Below, in pieces: positions 1 to 10,156 of a stretch of DNA of 64,000 nt (its first letter is position 1; each line of letters opens with the position of its first letter). Where the stretch lies: assembly GCA_963820825.1 (NCBI GenBank), contig CAWGBN010000002.1, positions 288,001 through 352,000 on the forward strand, given 5' to 3'. The position numbers and the translations under genes are program-made. Below the pieces are notes generated by a model. The model was not told where the DNA came from. It made no database searches and saw only the letters and a program-made list of their open reading frames with translations. This DNA is from Vulcanimicrobiota bacterium (GTDB lineage Bacteria > Vulcanimicrobiota > Vulcanimicrobiia > Vulcanimicrobiales > Vulcanimicrobiaceae).

Positions 1-59
1 CTCGCGATCGCCGGTATGCTGACGATCGCGAGCGCGGCGAGGATGGCGATGGTCCTCAT
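1..59 (-). CDS. Partial CDS (5' end), secreted protein with signal peptide
   Basis: ATG at 59 preceded by GAAAGG; reads MRTIAILAALAIVSIPAIA... and runs off the window edge. Confidence 0.55.
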   Translation of the reverse strand, partial: MRTIAILAALAIVSIPAIA

Positions 60-105
60 TATTGCAGCCTTTCAAGTAGTAATTCAAAGTGTGGCCGTCG
101 AGACA

Positions 106-429
106 TCACCAGTGGCGCGCCTCCTGCAGCTCCGATATGACGCCCTCCGAGAGCGAGTGCGTAATCGGATCTTCCCATTTAGCGAAGAGACGGATTGCCG
201 AGTCGGATGAAATGCGTTGGGGAATGAAGAGTTCGACCGCGTATTTGAGGCGCCGCGCCATCGCGTTCGCCCGTTCGTTGAGTCGCGGTGGAAGCGTCTG
301 GACGCCTTGCGCCCGACGCCGTGCGATTACTTGGAGCTCCCTCTCGACCCGATCGGCGAGCTCTGCCGCCTCGCCTTGAAAGCGCACGGTAGATTCTTCC
401 CAATCCCGGTCGTAATCGCACGGTCTCAT
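106..429 (-). CDS. Hypothetical protein
   Basis: ORF 106..498; ATG at 429 has a GGAGG RBS; no recognisable motif. Confidence 0.5.
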   Translation of the reverse strand: MRPCDYDRDWEESTVRFQGEAAELADRVERELQVIARRRAQGVQTLPPRLNERANAMARRLKYAVELFIPQRISSDSAIRLFAKWEDPITHSLSEGVISELQEARHW

Positions 430-511
430 TCGATGCCTCCTTGCCCATTTCGCGTCCAAAATGGCACATCTCGAGCCCCATAAGGGGGCCCGCTCCACCT
501 GGATTATTACA

Positions 512-550
512 CGTTAATGCGTCAACGGTGTGGCGACGTTGAGTTAGAAT
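512..550 (+). promoter_or_regulatory. Palindromic operator CGTTAATGCGTCAACG plus -10 TAGAAT (shared motif, copy 1)
   Basis: 16-bp near-palindrome 512-527, 8-nt spacer, ACGTTGAGTTAGA; TAGAAT at 545-550; same architecture at 39803 and 33424 (minus). Confidence 0.6.
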
Positions 551-648
551 CGTGGCCGGCTGGCGCCGGCCCATTGTGGGGGTTCCCCCACTATGCTTTT
601 CACGCCGGGGGGCTACGATGGCAATGACCCTTGAGGAGGGGTTTGCAG

Positions 649-1692
649 ATGATTTTGAAGCCGCAGCATCGCTTTCTGCCCGGCGCTCTCGCCGGATTCG
701 TCCTGGCCGGCGCCGTCGCCGCATGCAGCGGCGGATCGAACTCCACCGCGGCCTTACCCCCGGCGGCCTCGGCCCCTGCGGAGCGGCGCGCCCCCGCCCC
801 CGCGCCCACGAGCACCGAGTTCTTCACCGGCATCACGGCGAACAGCAACCCGCGCGGGATCACCGCGGGCCCCGGCGGGATGTGGTTCACGCAACCGGGT
901 TCCAACCAGATCGGGCGAATCACCTCGACCGGCGTCGTTACCGAGTTCGCCGCGCCGGCCACGACACTGAACAACATCGTCGAGGGACCCGACGGAAACA
1001 TGTGGTTCACGCAAGGCGGCGCGGATAGCATAGGACGCATAACCCGCAACGGACGTCTGCACACGTTTGCCGTCGGCAACGAGGCCTACGGGCCGTGGGA
1101 CATTACCACTGGTTCCGACGGCAATCTCTGGTTTACGTTCCGCTCGCCGAGCACCAACGCGATCGGCCGCATCACTACAGCGGGCGCCGTCACGCTCTTC
1201 ACCAACGGACTCTCGCCGGGTGACGTCGCCGTACACGACATAGCGACCGGATCCGACGGCAACGTCTGGTTCGCCGAAGAGTTCGGCAACCGAATCGGCC
1301 GCATCACGCCCGCCGGCACGATTACCGAGTTTACCAACGGCATCACCGCTAACGCCGGACTCGTCGACATCACGCCCGGTCCCGACGGCAATCTGTGGTT
1401 TACCGAGAACTCCTCGAATAAGATCGGACGCATCACGACCTCCGGCGTCGTCACCGAGTTTTCGCGGGGAATCACGGCGAACTCAGGCCCCGGATCGATC
1501 ATGGAATCCGGCAACTACGTCTGGTTCACCGAACTCAACAACACCCGAATCGGCCGCGCGAGCACGAGCGGCCACATCGTCGAGTACCCGATTCCGACGG
1601 CGGTGGCTGCCGATCTCGCGAGCGGCGCGCCGCACAACTCTCTCTGGATTACCGACTACACCGGGAACGGCATCGTTCAGTTCATGCCGTGA
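649..1692 (+). CDS. Lipoprotein, Vgb (virginiamycin B lyase)-like beta-propeller
   Basis: RBS GAGGAGG, lipobox VAAC, repeated GPDGNLWFT...IGRIT units. Confidence 0.85.
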   Translation: MILKPQHRFLPGALAGFVLAGAVAACSGGSNSTAALPPAASAPAERRAPAPAPTSTEFFTGITANSNPRGITAGPGGMWFTQPGSNQIGRITSTGVVTEFAAPATTLNNIVEGPDGNMWFTQGGADSIGRITRNGRLHTFAVGNEAYGPWDITTGSDGNLWFTFRSPSTNAIGRITTAGAVTLFTNGLSPGDVAVHDIATGSDGNVWFAEEFGNRIGRITPAGTITEFTNGITANAGLVDITPGPDGNLWFTENSSNKIGRITTSGVVTEFSRGITANSGPGSIMESGNYVWFTELNNTRIGRASTSGHIVEYPIPTAVAADLASGAPHNSLWITDYTGNGIVQFMP

Positions 1693-1710
1693 ACCGCGAG
1701 TCGATCGTGC

Positions 1711-4431
1711 TCAAGTCTCGGTTCGGCTCTGCGACGATGCGACGAGCGCCGCGAGTTGCGAGCGAGACTTGAGACCGAACTTTGCGTAGATCGACGTCAA
1801 ATACTTCTCGACGGCCTTCTCGGTGATCGAGAGCTCCGCTGCAGCCGCACGATTCGGTTTCCCCGCGGCGATCAGCAGCGCGAGCTCTCGTTCGCGCGCC
1901 GTCAACATCTGCAGGGCACCGTTGCCTCGGTCCCCCATCCCTTGCACCTCGAGACGTCGCGCGCTCCCCGTCGCACCGCAGCGCAGGTAGATCGCGAGCG
2001 CCGCTTCCCGGCAACCGGCATGTTCGAGCGCGAACGCTTCGAAGAGCGGCCACCCGAGCGCGCCGAATCGCTCGGCGGCGTCGAGTCCGTGCTTCACCGT
2101 CTCGTTCGACTCCGCTCGTTGCGACGCCGCGACGGTGTCGAGCAGCGCCAGGAGCGCCTTGTTTACGCGGTCGCCCGGACGAGCGGCTCCCGCGGCGACA
2201 ATCGACCGCAGCTCGCCGGCGCGCTCGGGTATAAACCTCGCGATTGCCGCGACCGGGAGCATCATCCCGAACGAGGTCGTCAACGAGTCGAGCACGCGTC
2301 CGAGCAAGAGGCGGACGTCGCGGGCGCGTCCTTTTGCGGCGAGCGCGAAAGCGTGGGCCGCGGCGACGCGCGCGAGCGTTGCGGTGAACGGCTGCAGCGC
2401 GGCCTCGCTTGCGAATTCCGGTTCGTAATATGCTTCGAGCATCGCGTCGTCGCCCGCAGCGAGCGCGAGCGGAATCGCCACCTGCGTCTGCATCGCGCGC
2501 ATCAGGAACTTGCGCGACGGCCTCGTGGCGTTGACGATGCTGCGCGCTTCGGCAAGGTTGCCCGCGTACAACTCGACCTGAGCGAGCAGCACCGTTTGAT
2601 CTTCGAAGCGCAGTGTCCGCGCCAACTCGCGCGCGATCCGGTGGTGCGTTCGAGCCAGGTCGGTCTCGCCGACGCAGAGTGCCTGAACCGCAAAATTCGC
2701 ATGGGCGACCTGAATCGGCCCGGGATGGCCGCGCAGTTCGTAGATCGCGATGCCCTCCGCGAAGCACGCCTTCCATTCGTCGATCTCGGCGCGCAGCGCG
2801 TGCAGTTCGCTCGCACCGAGAAAGTACTCGGCCGTCGCGTCGGCGCCGGGCTCCAAATCGGCGCGATCGACTCGGTCCAGCGCGTTGCGCGCGGCTTCCA
2901 AGTCTCCGTCGCGCGCAAGCATCATCGCCAGTCGCGTGAGCAGGCGCGCTCGAAGCGCCGCGTGTTCGCTGGTGACGAGCGGGAGCGTCTCGCGGACGAG
3001 CGCGATCGCCGCAGCCCTTCGGCCGCCGTCGTAGAGGTGCCCGGCCATCAGCGCTCGGCTTAGAACCGCTTGCGGCACGTCACCGAGTTCGATCGCAAGC
3101 TCGACCGAGCGTTCGTAACGCGCGAGCCCGTCATCGAGATCGCCGGAGAAGATGAAGGCTTGCGCGGTGCGCGACTCAACGCGCGCGCGGGCCGCACGAT
3201 CGCTCTCGAAGCCCATCGCCGCGCGCTCGAAGAACGAGGCCGCATCCTGATAGGCGAATATTGCCATTGCCGCATCGCCGGCCATCTCGTAGTATCCGGC
3301 GGCGCGGTCGCGCCGGTCGGCCTGCCAAAAATGGTGGGCGAGATCCTCGGGTGCTCCGGCCTCTTCGCGAGACCGCTCCAGATGCTCGGCAATCGCGAGA
3401 TGAAACGGACGTGCCGCCTCGGCTTCCATCTCACCGTAGACGACGTCGCGCGTCAGCGCGTGACGGAATTGATAGGCGCCGCCGGCACCGTCGACCGAAT
3501 CGATCAGTTGCAGGCCGCGCAGTCGCTCTAACATCGGTTCGAGCGCGATCGGATCGTCTCCGAAGACCGTCGTTAGGCCATCGATTGTGAAGGTTCGTCC
3601 GAAGACCGCAGCGCGCTGGAGCAGCGAGAGCTCGTCACTCGAGCAATCGCGCAGGCGCTCGCGGATGAGTGCGTGCAACGAGAGCGGCAACGCGAGTGGC
3701 GAGATTGCCGCACGCGAGCGCTGCGAATCGACGGCGCTGCGGAGCAGTTCTTCGGCGAAGAGCGGGTTGCCGTCCGAGCGTTCGCGGACCGCGCGCAGTA
3801 CCGGCGCGGGAAGCCTGACCGTATCGGCTAGTGCGCCCGACATCAGCTGATCGGTCTCCTCGTCCGCCAAGCGGGGGAGCGTGACGACGGAGACCTCCGG
3901 CTCGCGGACGAGCTCCCCGAACCACCGGAAGAGCGGGTGCGTGGGCAGCAGCTCGTTGTCGCGGTAGGTGGCGATAAAGAGTAGCCGTTTACTTGCCGCT
4001 CGCTGGGCGAGGACGAGCAACGTCTGAACGAGATCGACCGAGGCCCAGTGGAGGTCTTCGAGTGCAACGATCGTCACGCGCTTTGCGGCGACGAGCTCGA
4101 ACCGCCGGGCGATGGCATCGATCCGGTCCTCTTTAGAGGACGCAGCCAGATCGCCGGCATCGAAGTCGGCGATCTGCCCGAGAGAATCGAGCAGCGGCCC
4201 GAGCGGTTTCTGGGCGAAGGCGCGGCACGCGCTCCAGGCGACGGCCGAGGTGCGACGGTTCACGCGCCCGATGAACTCGTGGAGCAGGCGCGACTTCCCA
4301 ATGCCCGGCTCGCCTCCAACCAGGACTAGTCCGCCGTGTGACTCGCCGGCGGCGCGCCGGCGAGCGGCAAGGTGCTCCAGTTCGTCCGACCGGCCGACAA
4401 AAGGCCGGCAAAGGATCCGCGTGGATATCAA
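1711..4431 (-). CDS. AAA/STAND ATPase-TPR-LuxR HTH transcriptional regulator (MalT/LAL-like)
   Basis: FVGR, Walker A GEPGIGKS, Walker B LEDLHW, GNPLF, C-terminal LTARERE...IYAKFGLKSRSQL LuxR HTH. Confidence 0.9.
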   Translation of the reverse strand: MISTRILCRPFVGRSDELEHLAARRRAAGESHGGLVLVGGEPGIGKSRLLHEFIGRVNRRTSAVAWSACRAFAQKPLGPLLDSLGQIADFDAGDLAASSKEDRIDAIARRFELVAAKRVTIVALEDLHWASVDLVQTLLVLAQRAASKRLLFIATYRDNELLPTHPLFRWFGELVREPEVSVVTLPRLADEETDQLMSGALADTVRLPAPVLRAVRERSDGNPLFAEELLRSAVDSQRSRAAISPLALPLSLHALIRERLRDCSSDELSLLQRAAVFGRTFTIDGLTTVFGDDPIALEPMLERLRGLQLIDSVDGAGGAYQFRHALTRDVVYGEMEAEAARPFHLAIAEHLERSREEAGAPEDLAHHFWQADRRDRAAGYYEMAGDAAMAIFAYQDAASFFERAAMGFESDRAARARVESRTAQAFIFSGDLDDGLARYERSVELAIELGDVPQAVLSRALMAGHLYDGGRRAAAIALVRETLPLVTSEHAALRARLLTRLAMMLARDGDLEAARNALDRVDRADLEPGADATAEYFLGASELHALRAEIDEWKACFAEGIAIYELRGHPGPIQVAHANFAVQALCVGETDLARTHHRIARELARTLRFEDQTVLLAQVELYAGNLAEARSIVNATRPSRKFLMRAMQTQVAIPLALAAGDDAMLEAYYEPEFASEAALQPFTATLARVAAAHAFALAAKGRARDVRLLLGRVLDSLTTSFGMMLPVAAIARFIPERAGELRSIVAAGAARPGDRVNKALLALLDTVAASQRAESNETVKHGLDAAERFGALGWPLFEAFALEHAGCREAALAIYLRCGATGSARRLEVQGMGDRGNGALQMLTARERELALLIAAGKPNRAAAAELSITEKAVEKYLTSIYAKFGLKSRSQLAALVASSQSRTET

Positions 4432-4629
4432 ATATACCGCCCTAAGAAGGTTGTCGAGGCAGGATTCAAGCAGCGCTTAGCCGGACTGAGCAGTCAAGGC
4501 CGGGAGGGGCTCGTTTAGCGTTGGCTGCGGCCGGGCATCGTTTCCCTACCAGTCTTGCCTACAACTCTACACTACCTCCCCAACGTAGGCTCTTCCCTTA
4601 AGCTTAAGCTTTCAAGGAGCCTAACCCAA

Positions 4630-5757
4630 ATGCGTTACGTCAATACAATCTTCTGTGCGGCGGCCCTCATCGGCTTGGTGGGCTGCTCCGCTATGAATTC
4701 CGGCTCCTCGGGTTCGTCATTGCCGAATACCGGCGGCCAATCGGCCGCGCCGGATCGCGAAGTCAGCAATTGGACTCCGGTTAACTCAGCCGGATGGAAG
4801 CAGGATGCGGGCCCACGCACGGGTGGCAGCCACCCGCCACAAACCGGGCAACGCGGAGGCTACTACGCTTCGCAGTTCCGTTCGGCAGTTGGTGTCTATG
4901 GCTACTCCCCCAAGCCGAACAAAACGAATAGTGGGCCAGTCTGCTCACCGCCGGGTAACCGGTACAACGTCAACGGAATCGCCTCCGATGAAAAAGGGAA
5001 CTTGATCGTTCCTGGATCGTCGACCGCTTCCGGCAAGAGCACCAAGCATTGGCAGATCGAAGTCTTCCAAGGCAGCACGCAGCCCCTAATCTGCGGGCAA
5101 CTTCTCGGAACGATTCCGGACATGACCGGTCAGCCCGTAGACGCTGCGTCGTTCAACGCGACCCTCGCACCGATCGCCGTGAGTGAAATCAACTTCACCA
5201 CGAAGCTCGGTGAAGTCGTCCTTTGCACGCTCTCCTCGCTCTCGTGCGGCGCACCCATCACCAGTTCGGCCATCACGGGATACGGCGCGGGCGTTGCGAT
5301 GGATGCGAACGGAAACTGCTGGCTCTCGACCGCAAAGAGAATCAGCAACGGAATTCCGGTTGGATTCCGGTTGATCTACTGGGCCGGCTGTACCGGAAAC
5401 GGCCAAGTCGCCAGCGTTCCCGCTGGACAGTCGTCCTACGGCGGCCTGTTCGTCGACAACTCCGGCAACATCGGCTCGTTCGATTCGTTCAACAGCATGC
5501 TCTTCGTCTACAGCGGCTGCAACCCGACTTGCGGTCTAGTCGGAAAGTTCGCACTGCAAGGTCAGTCGTTCTACGGAAACCTCAACGGGTCGGGCTACAA
5601 GCTCGCCGTCGGCGATGAGTCGAACGGTTCCGTCGACGTCTACAACTACTCGTTACCGACCTTTACGCTGCGATACAGCTTCAACGCGGGTCTCAAGCAC
5701 CGAGATCTCGTTGAGTCGGGCATCTTCTCGCCGACGAACCAGCGGATGCATCACTAG
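4630..5757 (+). CDS. Lipoprotein, probable beta-propeller
   Basis: RBS AAGGAG, lipobox LVGC, Gly/Ser-rich linker, GVAMDANGN-type blades. Confidence 0.75.
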   Translation: MRYVNTIFCAAALIGLVGCSAMNSGSSGSSLPNTGGQSAAPDREVSNWTPVNSAGWKQDAGPRTGGSHPPQTGQRGGYYASQFRSAVGVYGYSPKPNKTNSGPVCSPPGNRYNVNGIASDEKGNLIVPGSSTASGKSTKHWQIEVFQGSTQPLICGQLLGTIPDMTGQPVDAASFNATLAPIAVSEINFTTKLGEVVLCTLSSLSCGAPITSSAITGYGAGVAMDANGNCWLSTAKRISNGIPVGFRLIYWAGCTGNGQVASVPAGQSSYGGLFVDNSGNIGSFDSFNSMLFVYSGCNPTCGLVGKFALQGQSFYGNLNGSGYKLAVGDESNGSVDVYNYSLPTFTLRYSFNAGLKHRDLVESGIFSPTNQRMHH

Positions 5758-5869
5758 CCTCCGCCGCGGTATGATCGACGCTTCAACGTAGAAGCGGATA
5801 ACCAACGGGGTGGCCGGTGCGGCCGCCCCGTTTTAATTTGCGCCTCCTCCTCCCCTTGCGCCGTTCTGA

Positions 5870-5907
5870 ACTTTGTGATACAAAGTTAATAACTTTGCAA
5901 CGCAAAG
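5870..5907. promoter_or_regulatory. Tandem inverted-repeat operator ACTTTG-N5-CAAAG x2
   Basis: actttg tgata caaagt taata actttg caacg caaag, 30 nt upstream of the CreD-like gene. Confidence 0.55.
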
Positions 5908-5937
5908 CCACTGATCCGACGGCTCGAGGAATTTCGC

Positions 5938-7101
5938 ATGCTCAAACGCCTGACCGCCATCACCTTCATCTTCGGCTGCACCGCGGCCGCATGGATGATT
6001 CTCGGCGGAACACTGGTAACGCGCACCGCCGACTCCGATTCGAAGCAGCGCGAACGGCTCGTCGCCCAGTGGGGGAGCGCGCAGACGCAAACGGCACCGC
6101 AGGTCACCGCAAGGCTGAGCGGCAGTTCCTACACGGTCGTTCCGATTCAGCGCAGCCGAGTCGACGTGGCGCTCCAACTCGAGCAGCGCCGGGACGGACT
6201 GCTTTGGTACAATCTCTATAATGTCCGGTTTGCCGGCCGCTACCGGATCCGAAACGTAACCAACGCCCGACGCCTGACCGTGCGCTTTCCGTTTCCATCG
6301 AACGATGGAACCTATGCGGATTTCAGCGCCGTCATCGGCGGTCGGCGCGTCGCCGACCCGACCGCACTCGACCGCGGCTGTTTGAGTTTTTCGCTGGCGC
6401 CCGGGGATGAAACCACGCTCGACATCGGTTACCGCTCGCGCGGCATGGGAACCTGGATCTATCGCTTCGGAGACGGCGTCCAATCGGCGAACGATTTCGA
6501 TCTGACGATGACGGCGAACTTCGACGCGCTCGACTTTCCGCCGCAGACGCTTCTTCCGGTTACCGAAGAACGCCGCAGCGGCGGCGCGCGACTCGAGTGG
6601 CGCTACTCGGCGCTCGTCACCGGCGACGGAATCGGAATGGCCTTCCCGACGCCGCTGCAACCCGGACCGCTCGCCCAGCGCATCACTTTTTGGGCGCCGG
6701 TCGCGCTCTTCTTCTACTTTTTCGTGATGCTCGTAGTCACGACGCTACGCCGGATCGAGCTCCATCCGATTAATTACTTCTTTCTCGCCGCATCGTTCTT
6801 TGCGTTCCATCTACTCTTCGCGTATCTCGTCGACCGCATCCCGATCGCCGCGGCTTTCGCGATCTGCTCGTGCGTCACGCTCTTCCTGACGATCTCCTAT
6901 CTGCGGCTCGTCGTTGGGTGGAAGTTCGCCGCAGTCGAAAGCGGCCTGGCCCAGCTCGTCTATCTCGTCCTCTTCTCCTACGCGCTATTCAACGAAGGGT
7001 GGAGCGGACTCACCATTACGATCGGCGCGATCATCACGCTCTTCGTGGCGATGCAGGCCACCGGCCGGATCGACTGGAACGAGCGGCTCGCTCCGTCATG
7101 A
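5938..7101 (+). CDS. CreD-like inner membrane protein
   Basis: N-terminal TM, periplasmic domain (QRRDGLLWY), six C-terminal TMs with LHPINY motif. Confidence 0.7.
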   Translation: MLKRLTAITFIFGCTAAAWMILGGTLVTRTADSDSKQRERLVAQWGSAQTQTAPQVTARLSGSSYTVVPIQRSRVDVALQLEQRRDGLLWYNLYNVRFAGRYRIRNVTNARRLTVRFPFPSNDGTYADFSAVIGGRRVADPTALDRGCLSFSLAPGDETTLDIGYRSRGMGTWIYRFGDGVQSANDFDLTMTANFDALDFPPQTLLPVTEERRSGGARLEWRYSALVTGDGIGMAFPTPLQPGPLAQRITFWAPVALFFYFFVMLVVTTLRRIELHPINYFFLAASFFAFHLLFAYLVDRIPIAAAFAICSCVTLFLTISYLRLVVGWKFAAVESGLAQLVYLVLFSYALFNEGWSGLTITIGAIITLFVAMQATGRIDWNERLAPS

Positions 7102-7174
7102 GCGCATCGGCGGCATTTACGAGAAGAGGCGGCGCGCATGCGCCGCCTCTCGCTACTGCCGGCTTCGGTTGGCG

Positions 7175-8377
7175 CTAGTACAGACCGATGCCGTCGGGCG
7201 TTCCCCATCCGGCCGGACCGGAGTAGGTCTTGTATTGGTGCGTCCCGGCGGTGCAGAGGTACTTGCCGCCGCACGAACCGTCGCTTCCGCTGGTGATGGT
7301 GTTGAGATTGGCCTTGCGCGTGGCCTGCGTCGCCTTCCAGAATCCCGACGGGTCGCTCTGGGTGGAGGCGTTGCCGGCGAGACCGAAGACCGCCGCGTTT
7401 AGCGGCGTCGCGACGCTCGTTCCGCCCACGGTGAACCAGCCGCTGTAACCGTAGGTGTCGTATTCGGCAACTTGCCAAGCGACGGCCGAGACGTCGGTAA
7501 TCGTGCGCTTCGTGCAGCTGGGATCTTTCTGCCATGAGGGTTTGGCGATGAGCGAGCATCCGGCGCCCGCACCGTTCCAAACCGTTTCGTGATAGGTCGA
7601 GCCGCTCTTCGAAAGCACGGTACCGCCGACGGCAACGACGCTCTGAAAGACCGCGGGCGCGCCGATCTGGTTGTAGCCCGAATCGCCCGAGGCGGCGAGA
7701 TAGACGACGCCGGCCTTATTGAAATCGGAGGTGCTCACGCAGCTATCCGAACCGAGGCACGACCAGCTGTTGCTGATGATGTGCGCGCCGAGGTTGACGG
7801 CCGTAACTTCGGCGGTCTGCAGATTGCTGCTCGTCGAGCTGTTCGCTTCGATGAGGTCGATAGTGCACTTGGGACAGGCCGCTGCGACCATCTCGACGTC
7901 GAGATCGATCTCGACGCCCCAGCCGACGCTTCCGCCCGGATAGCCGCTCTGTTGTCCGTTCTGATTGTACTTGTTGAACGGCGCCGTCCCGAGTCCGAAC
8001 TGCGAGCGATAGGCCGCGAGGTCGGAGGAGACGTTCGGATTGTCGTAGGCGTCGACGATGGCCACAACCTGGCCCGCGCCGTTGGTCGATGACGGCAGAT
8101 GATAGCGCGTCTGGAAGTCCGCGGGGGCCCACCCCGCGACGTCGGGATTGATGCCGCTCTTCGATTGAATCAGCGCCATGCACTCCGGAACGCCGGTGAC
8201 TTGCGGACAGGCGGGAGTTGCGAGGTTTTTGGCCTGCCACTCCGGCATGTTGGAGCGCACCGATTGCGCGCCCGATTGACCGGGACTTGCCGGTAAGTTG
8301 GAAGTGCCGCCGGCATTGCATGCCGCCGCCGCAAGCGCCGCCAGCAACGGCGCAACGAGTTTGAGTGATCTGTTCAC
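7175..8377 (-). CDS. Lipoprotein S53/S8-family serine peptidase
   Basis: Lipobox AAAC; VAIVDAYD, EIDLD, SGDSG, GGTSVATP, GWGTPDG motifs. Confidence 0.85.
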   Translation of the reverse strand: MNRSLKLVAPLLAALAAAACNAGGTSNLPASPGQSGAQSVRSNMPEWQAKNLATPACPQVTGVPECMALIQSKSGINPDVAGWAPADFQTRYHLPSSTNGAGQVVAIVDAYDNPNVSSDLAAYRSQFGLGTAPFNKYNQNGQQSGYPGGSVGWGVEIDLDVEMVAAACPKCTIDLIEANSSTSSNLQTAEVTAVNLGAHIISNSWSCLGSDSCVSTSDFNKAGVVYLAASGDSGYNQIGAPAVFQSVVAVGGTVLSKSGSTYHETVWNGAGAGCSLIAKPSWQKDPSCTKRTITDVSAVAWQVAEYDTYGYSGWFTVGGTSVATPLNAAVFGLAGNASTQSDPSGFWKATQATRKANLNTITSGSDGSCGGKYLCTAGTHQYKTYSGPAGWGTPDGIGLY

Positions 8378-8513
8378 GGCTGCTCCTTACTCTCAGATCG
8401 ATTGATCCGGAGGGCAGTGATTAGGCTTGCCTTACTCGGCTACCTTGGCCGAGCAGCAGGGCCGCGGGTGTGCGCCAGGGGATCCCTTGCTTGTCGGTCC
8501 AAAGAAATGGACC

Positions 8514-8900
8514 ATGCGGAAGTTTTGCTCGCTCCTCGCCATCGCATCGATCGCCGGCATCTGCGGTTGTTCGAATAGCGCCGCAAACGGCAGCACGATC
8601 TTTCTGAGCAACTGCGCGAGCTGCCACGGTGCGCACGGCGAAGGCGTACCCGGCACGTTCCCCGCGCTCGCCTCGAATCCAACGGTAGCCGGCGATCCCA
8701 AGACCGTCATCCACATCGTCAAGTACGGTCTCACCGGAAAGATCGAGGCCGGCGGAAAGGCGCTCAATGGGATGATGCCGGCATGGAGTCCGCAGCTTCA
8801 CGACGCAGACATCGCAGCGGTCCTCACCTACGTCCGTTCGTCGTGGGGAAATCATGGCGCTCCGGTGACCGCCGCGGACGTCGCCGCGGTCTCGAAGTAG
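8514..8900 (+). CDS. Lipid-anchored cytochrome c
   Basis: CASCH haem motif, GEGVPGTFPAL, MPAW, YVRSSWGN. Confidence 0.85.
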   Translation: MRKFCSLLAIASIAGICGCSNSAANGSTIFLSNCASCHGAHGEGVPGTFPALASNPTVAGDPKTVIHIVKYGLTGKIEAGGKALNGMMPAWSPQLHDADIAAVLTYVRSSWGNHGAPVTAADVAAVSK

Positions 8901-8927
8901 CATCGATTTCGCGAAGCGCAGCGCACG

Positions 8928-9539
8928 ATGAATAAGATTCGATTCGAAGCCTTCTCCGACGGCGTCTTCGCCTTCGCGATCACGCTCTTGGCGCTCGGCT
9001 TCGTTCTGCCCGAAATGCACTACGCAACGAACGGCGCGCTCGCCGCGGCTCTCCTGCGCCTCTGGCCGGATTTGCTCGCCTATGGGCTGAGCTTCTCGGT
9101 CATCGGTCTGATGTGGCAGAACCATCACGCACTCTTCCGGCTCGTCCACCACGTAGATCGCAAGACCGTCTTCTGGAATCTCTTGCTGCTGGCAGCGACC
9201 GTGCTGATCCCGTTCGCTACCAAGACGCTGGGATCGTATCCGACCTACTCGGCGTCGACGTTCCTCTACGGCCTCGTGCTCTCGATGAGCGCGGCGTTCT
9301 ACAACCTCATGCTCGGACATTTGGCGCGCGCCGGCGCTTTCGAACCCGAGGTCGATCCGTCGGCAATCGCCGCCACGATTCGGGGATACCGGATGGGACT
9401 GATCGTCTACGTCGCCGCGACGCTCGTCGCGCTCGTCGTTCCGCTGCTCAGCTTCGGGGCATACTTGGCGATCGTGATCTACTTTCTCGTGCCGCGCGGA
9501 GCCGATTCCGATGCGCCGCTCAGCGCGCGGCGCTGGTAG
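8928..9539 (+). CDS. TMEM175-family potassium channel
   Basis: RFEAFSDGVFAFAITLL signature, WQNHHALF. Confidence 0.9.
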   Translation: MNKIRFEAFSDGVFAFAITLLALGFVLPEMHYATNGALAAALLRLWPDLLAYGLSFSVIGLMWQNHHALFRLVHHVDRKTVFWNLLLLAATVLIPFATKTLGSYPTYSASTFLYGLVLSMSAAFYNLMLGHLARAGAFEPEVDPSAIAATIRGYRMGLIVYVAATLVALVVPLLSFGAYLAIVIYFLVPRGADSDAPLSARRW

Positions 9540-9650
9540 CGAGCGCGCGATCCAGATCGTCTATTAGATCGTCGACCTCTTCGAGGCCGACTGAGAGGCG
9601 GAGAAGATCGTCGGTAATATCGAGCTCCGCGCGCCGCGCGCGTAGCAACA
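9520..9650 (-). pseudogene. Orphan C-terminal fragment of a cystathionine gamma-synthase/lyase family gene
   Basis: RRAELDITDDLLRLSVGLEEVDDLIDDLDRAL matches the family C-terminus; no upstream body. Confidence 0.6.
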
Positions 9651-9683
9651 TGGCCCGTACGATCACACGCGTGCGCAGCGGCG

Positions 9684-10001
9684 TCAAGAACTCGCCGATT
9701 CTTTTTCGCGGGGCTCGTCGATGGTGTAGAGCCACCACGCCGCGACGCCTCGCCTCGCCTTGCGATCGTAATAGACTTCGATCGTGCCGCCGTCCGCAAT
9801 CTGCAACTCGAACCAGTGCCGGTTTAAGTAGGCGTCGCCGCGATCGGTCTTCGTCGAGCGCCAGGTTCGCAGTACCGCGTCTATCACCAACGCTCGCTGC
9901 TCCCATAGGAACGCTCGCGGAACGGGCGGCTCGCTCCCGCTCGCGGGGGTAATGAACCCTTCGCCGGCGGGCACGATCGGACGGCTAACGAATCGCTTCA
10001 C
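9684..10001 (-). CDS. Small conserved hypothetical protein (DUF6504-like)
   Basis: EPPVPRAFLW...VLRTW...RHWFELQ...VYYDR...WWLY pattern; GTG start inferred. Confidence 0.6.
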   Translation of the reverse strand: MKRFVSRPIVPAGEGFITPASGSEPPVPRAFLWEQRALVIDAVLRTWRSTKTDRGDAYLNRHWFELQIADGGTIEVYYDRKARRGVAAWWLYTIDEPREKESASS

Positions 10002-10156
10002 GATTAGGCATCGCCGTTTTCGGTCAGGCGTCACAGAGTTCCTCAACCGCAATGCACGCAAGAGCACTCGCCTGGCGCCGCCACGTTTGCAAATCGGTCG
10101 ATGAGGAACTATACTAGCGCTCAGCCGCTTCCGGCTTTCCGCAAGGGAGGTTTTTC

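Noticed and set aside
649..1692. Antibiotic resistance calls (vgb; also beta-lactamase at 11855)
   Set aside because: Only fold-level similarity. Both are lipoproteins of broad families, and specific activity cannot be supported.
1756..3063. Long opposite-strand and alternate-frame ORFs (also 17176..18405, 56556..57791 and others)
   Set aside because: Shadow ORFs of well-supported genes in GC-rich DNA, without recognisable motifs.
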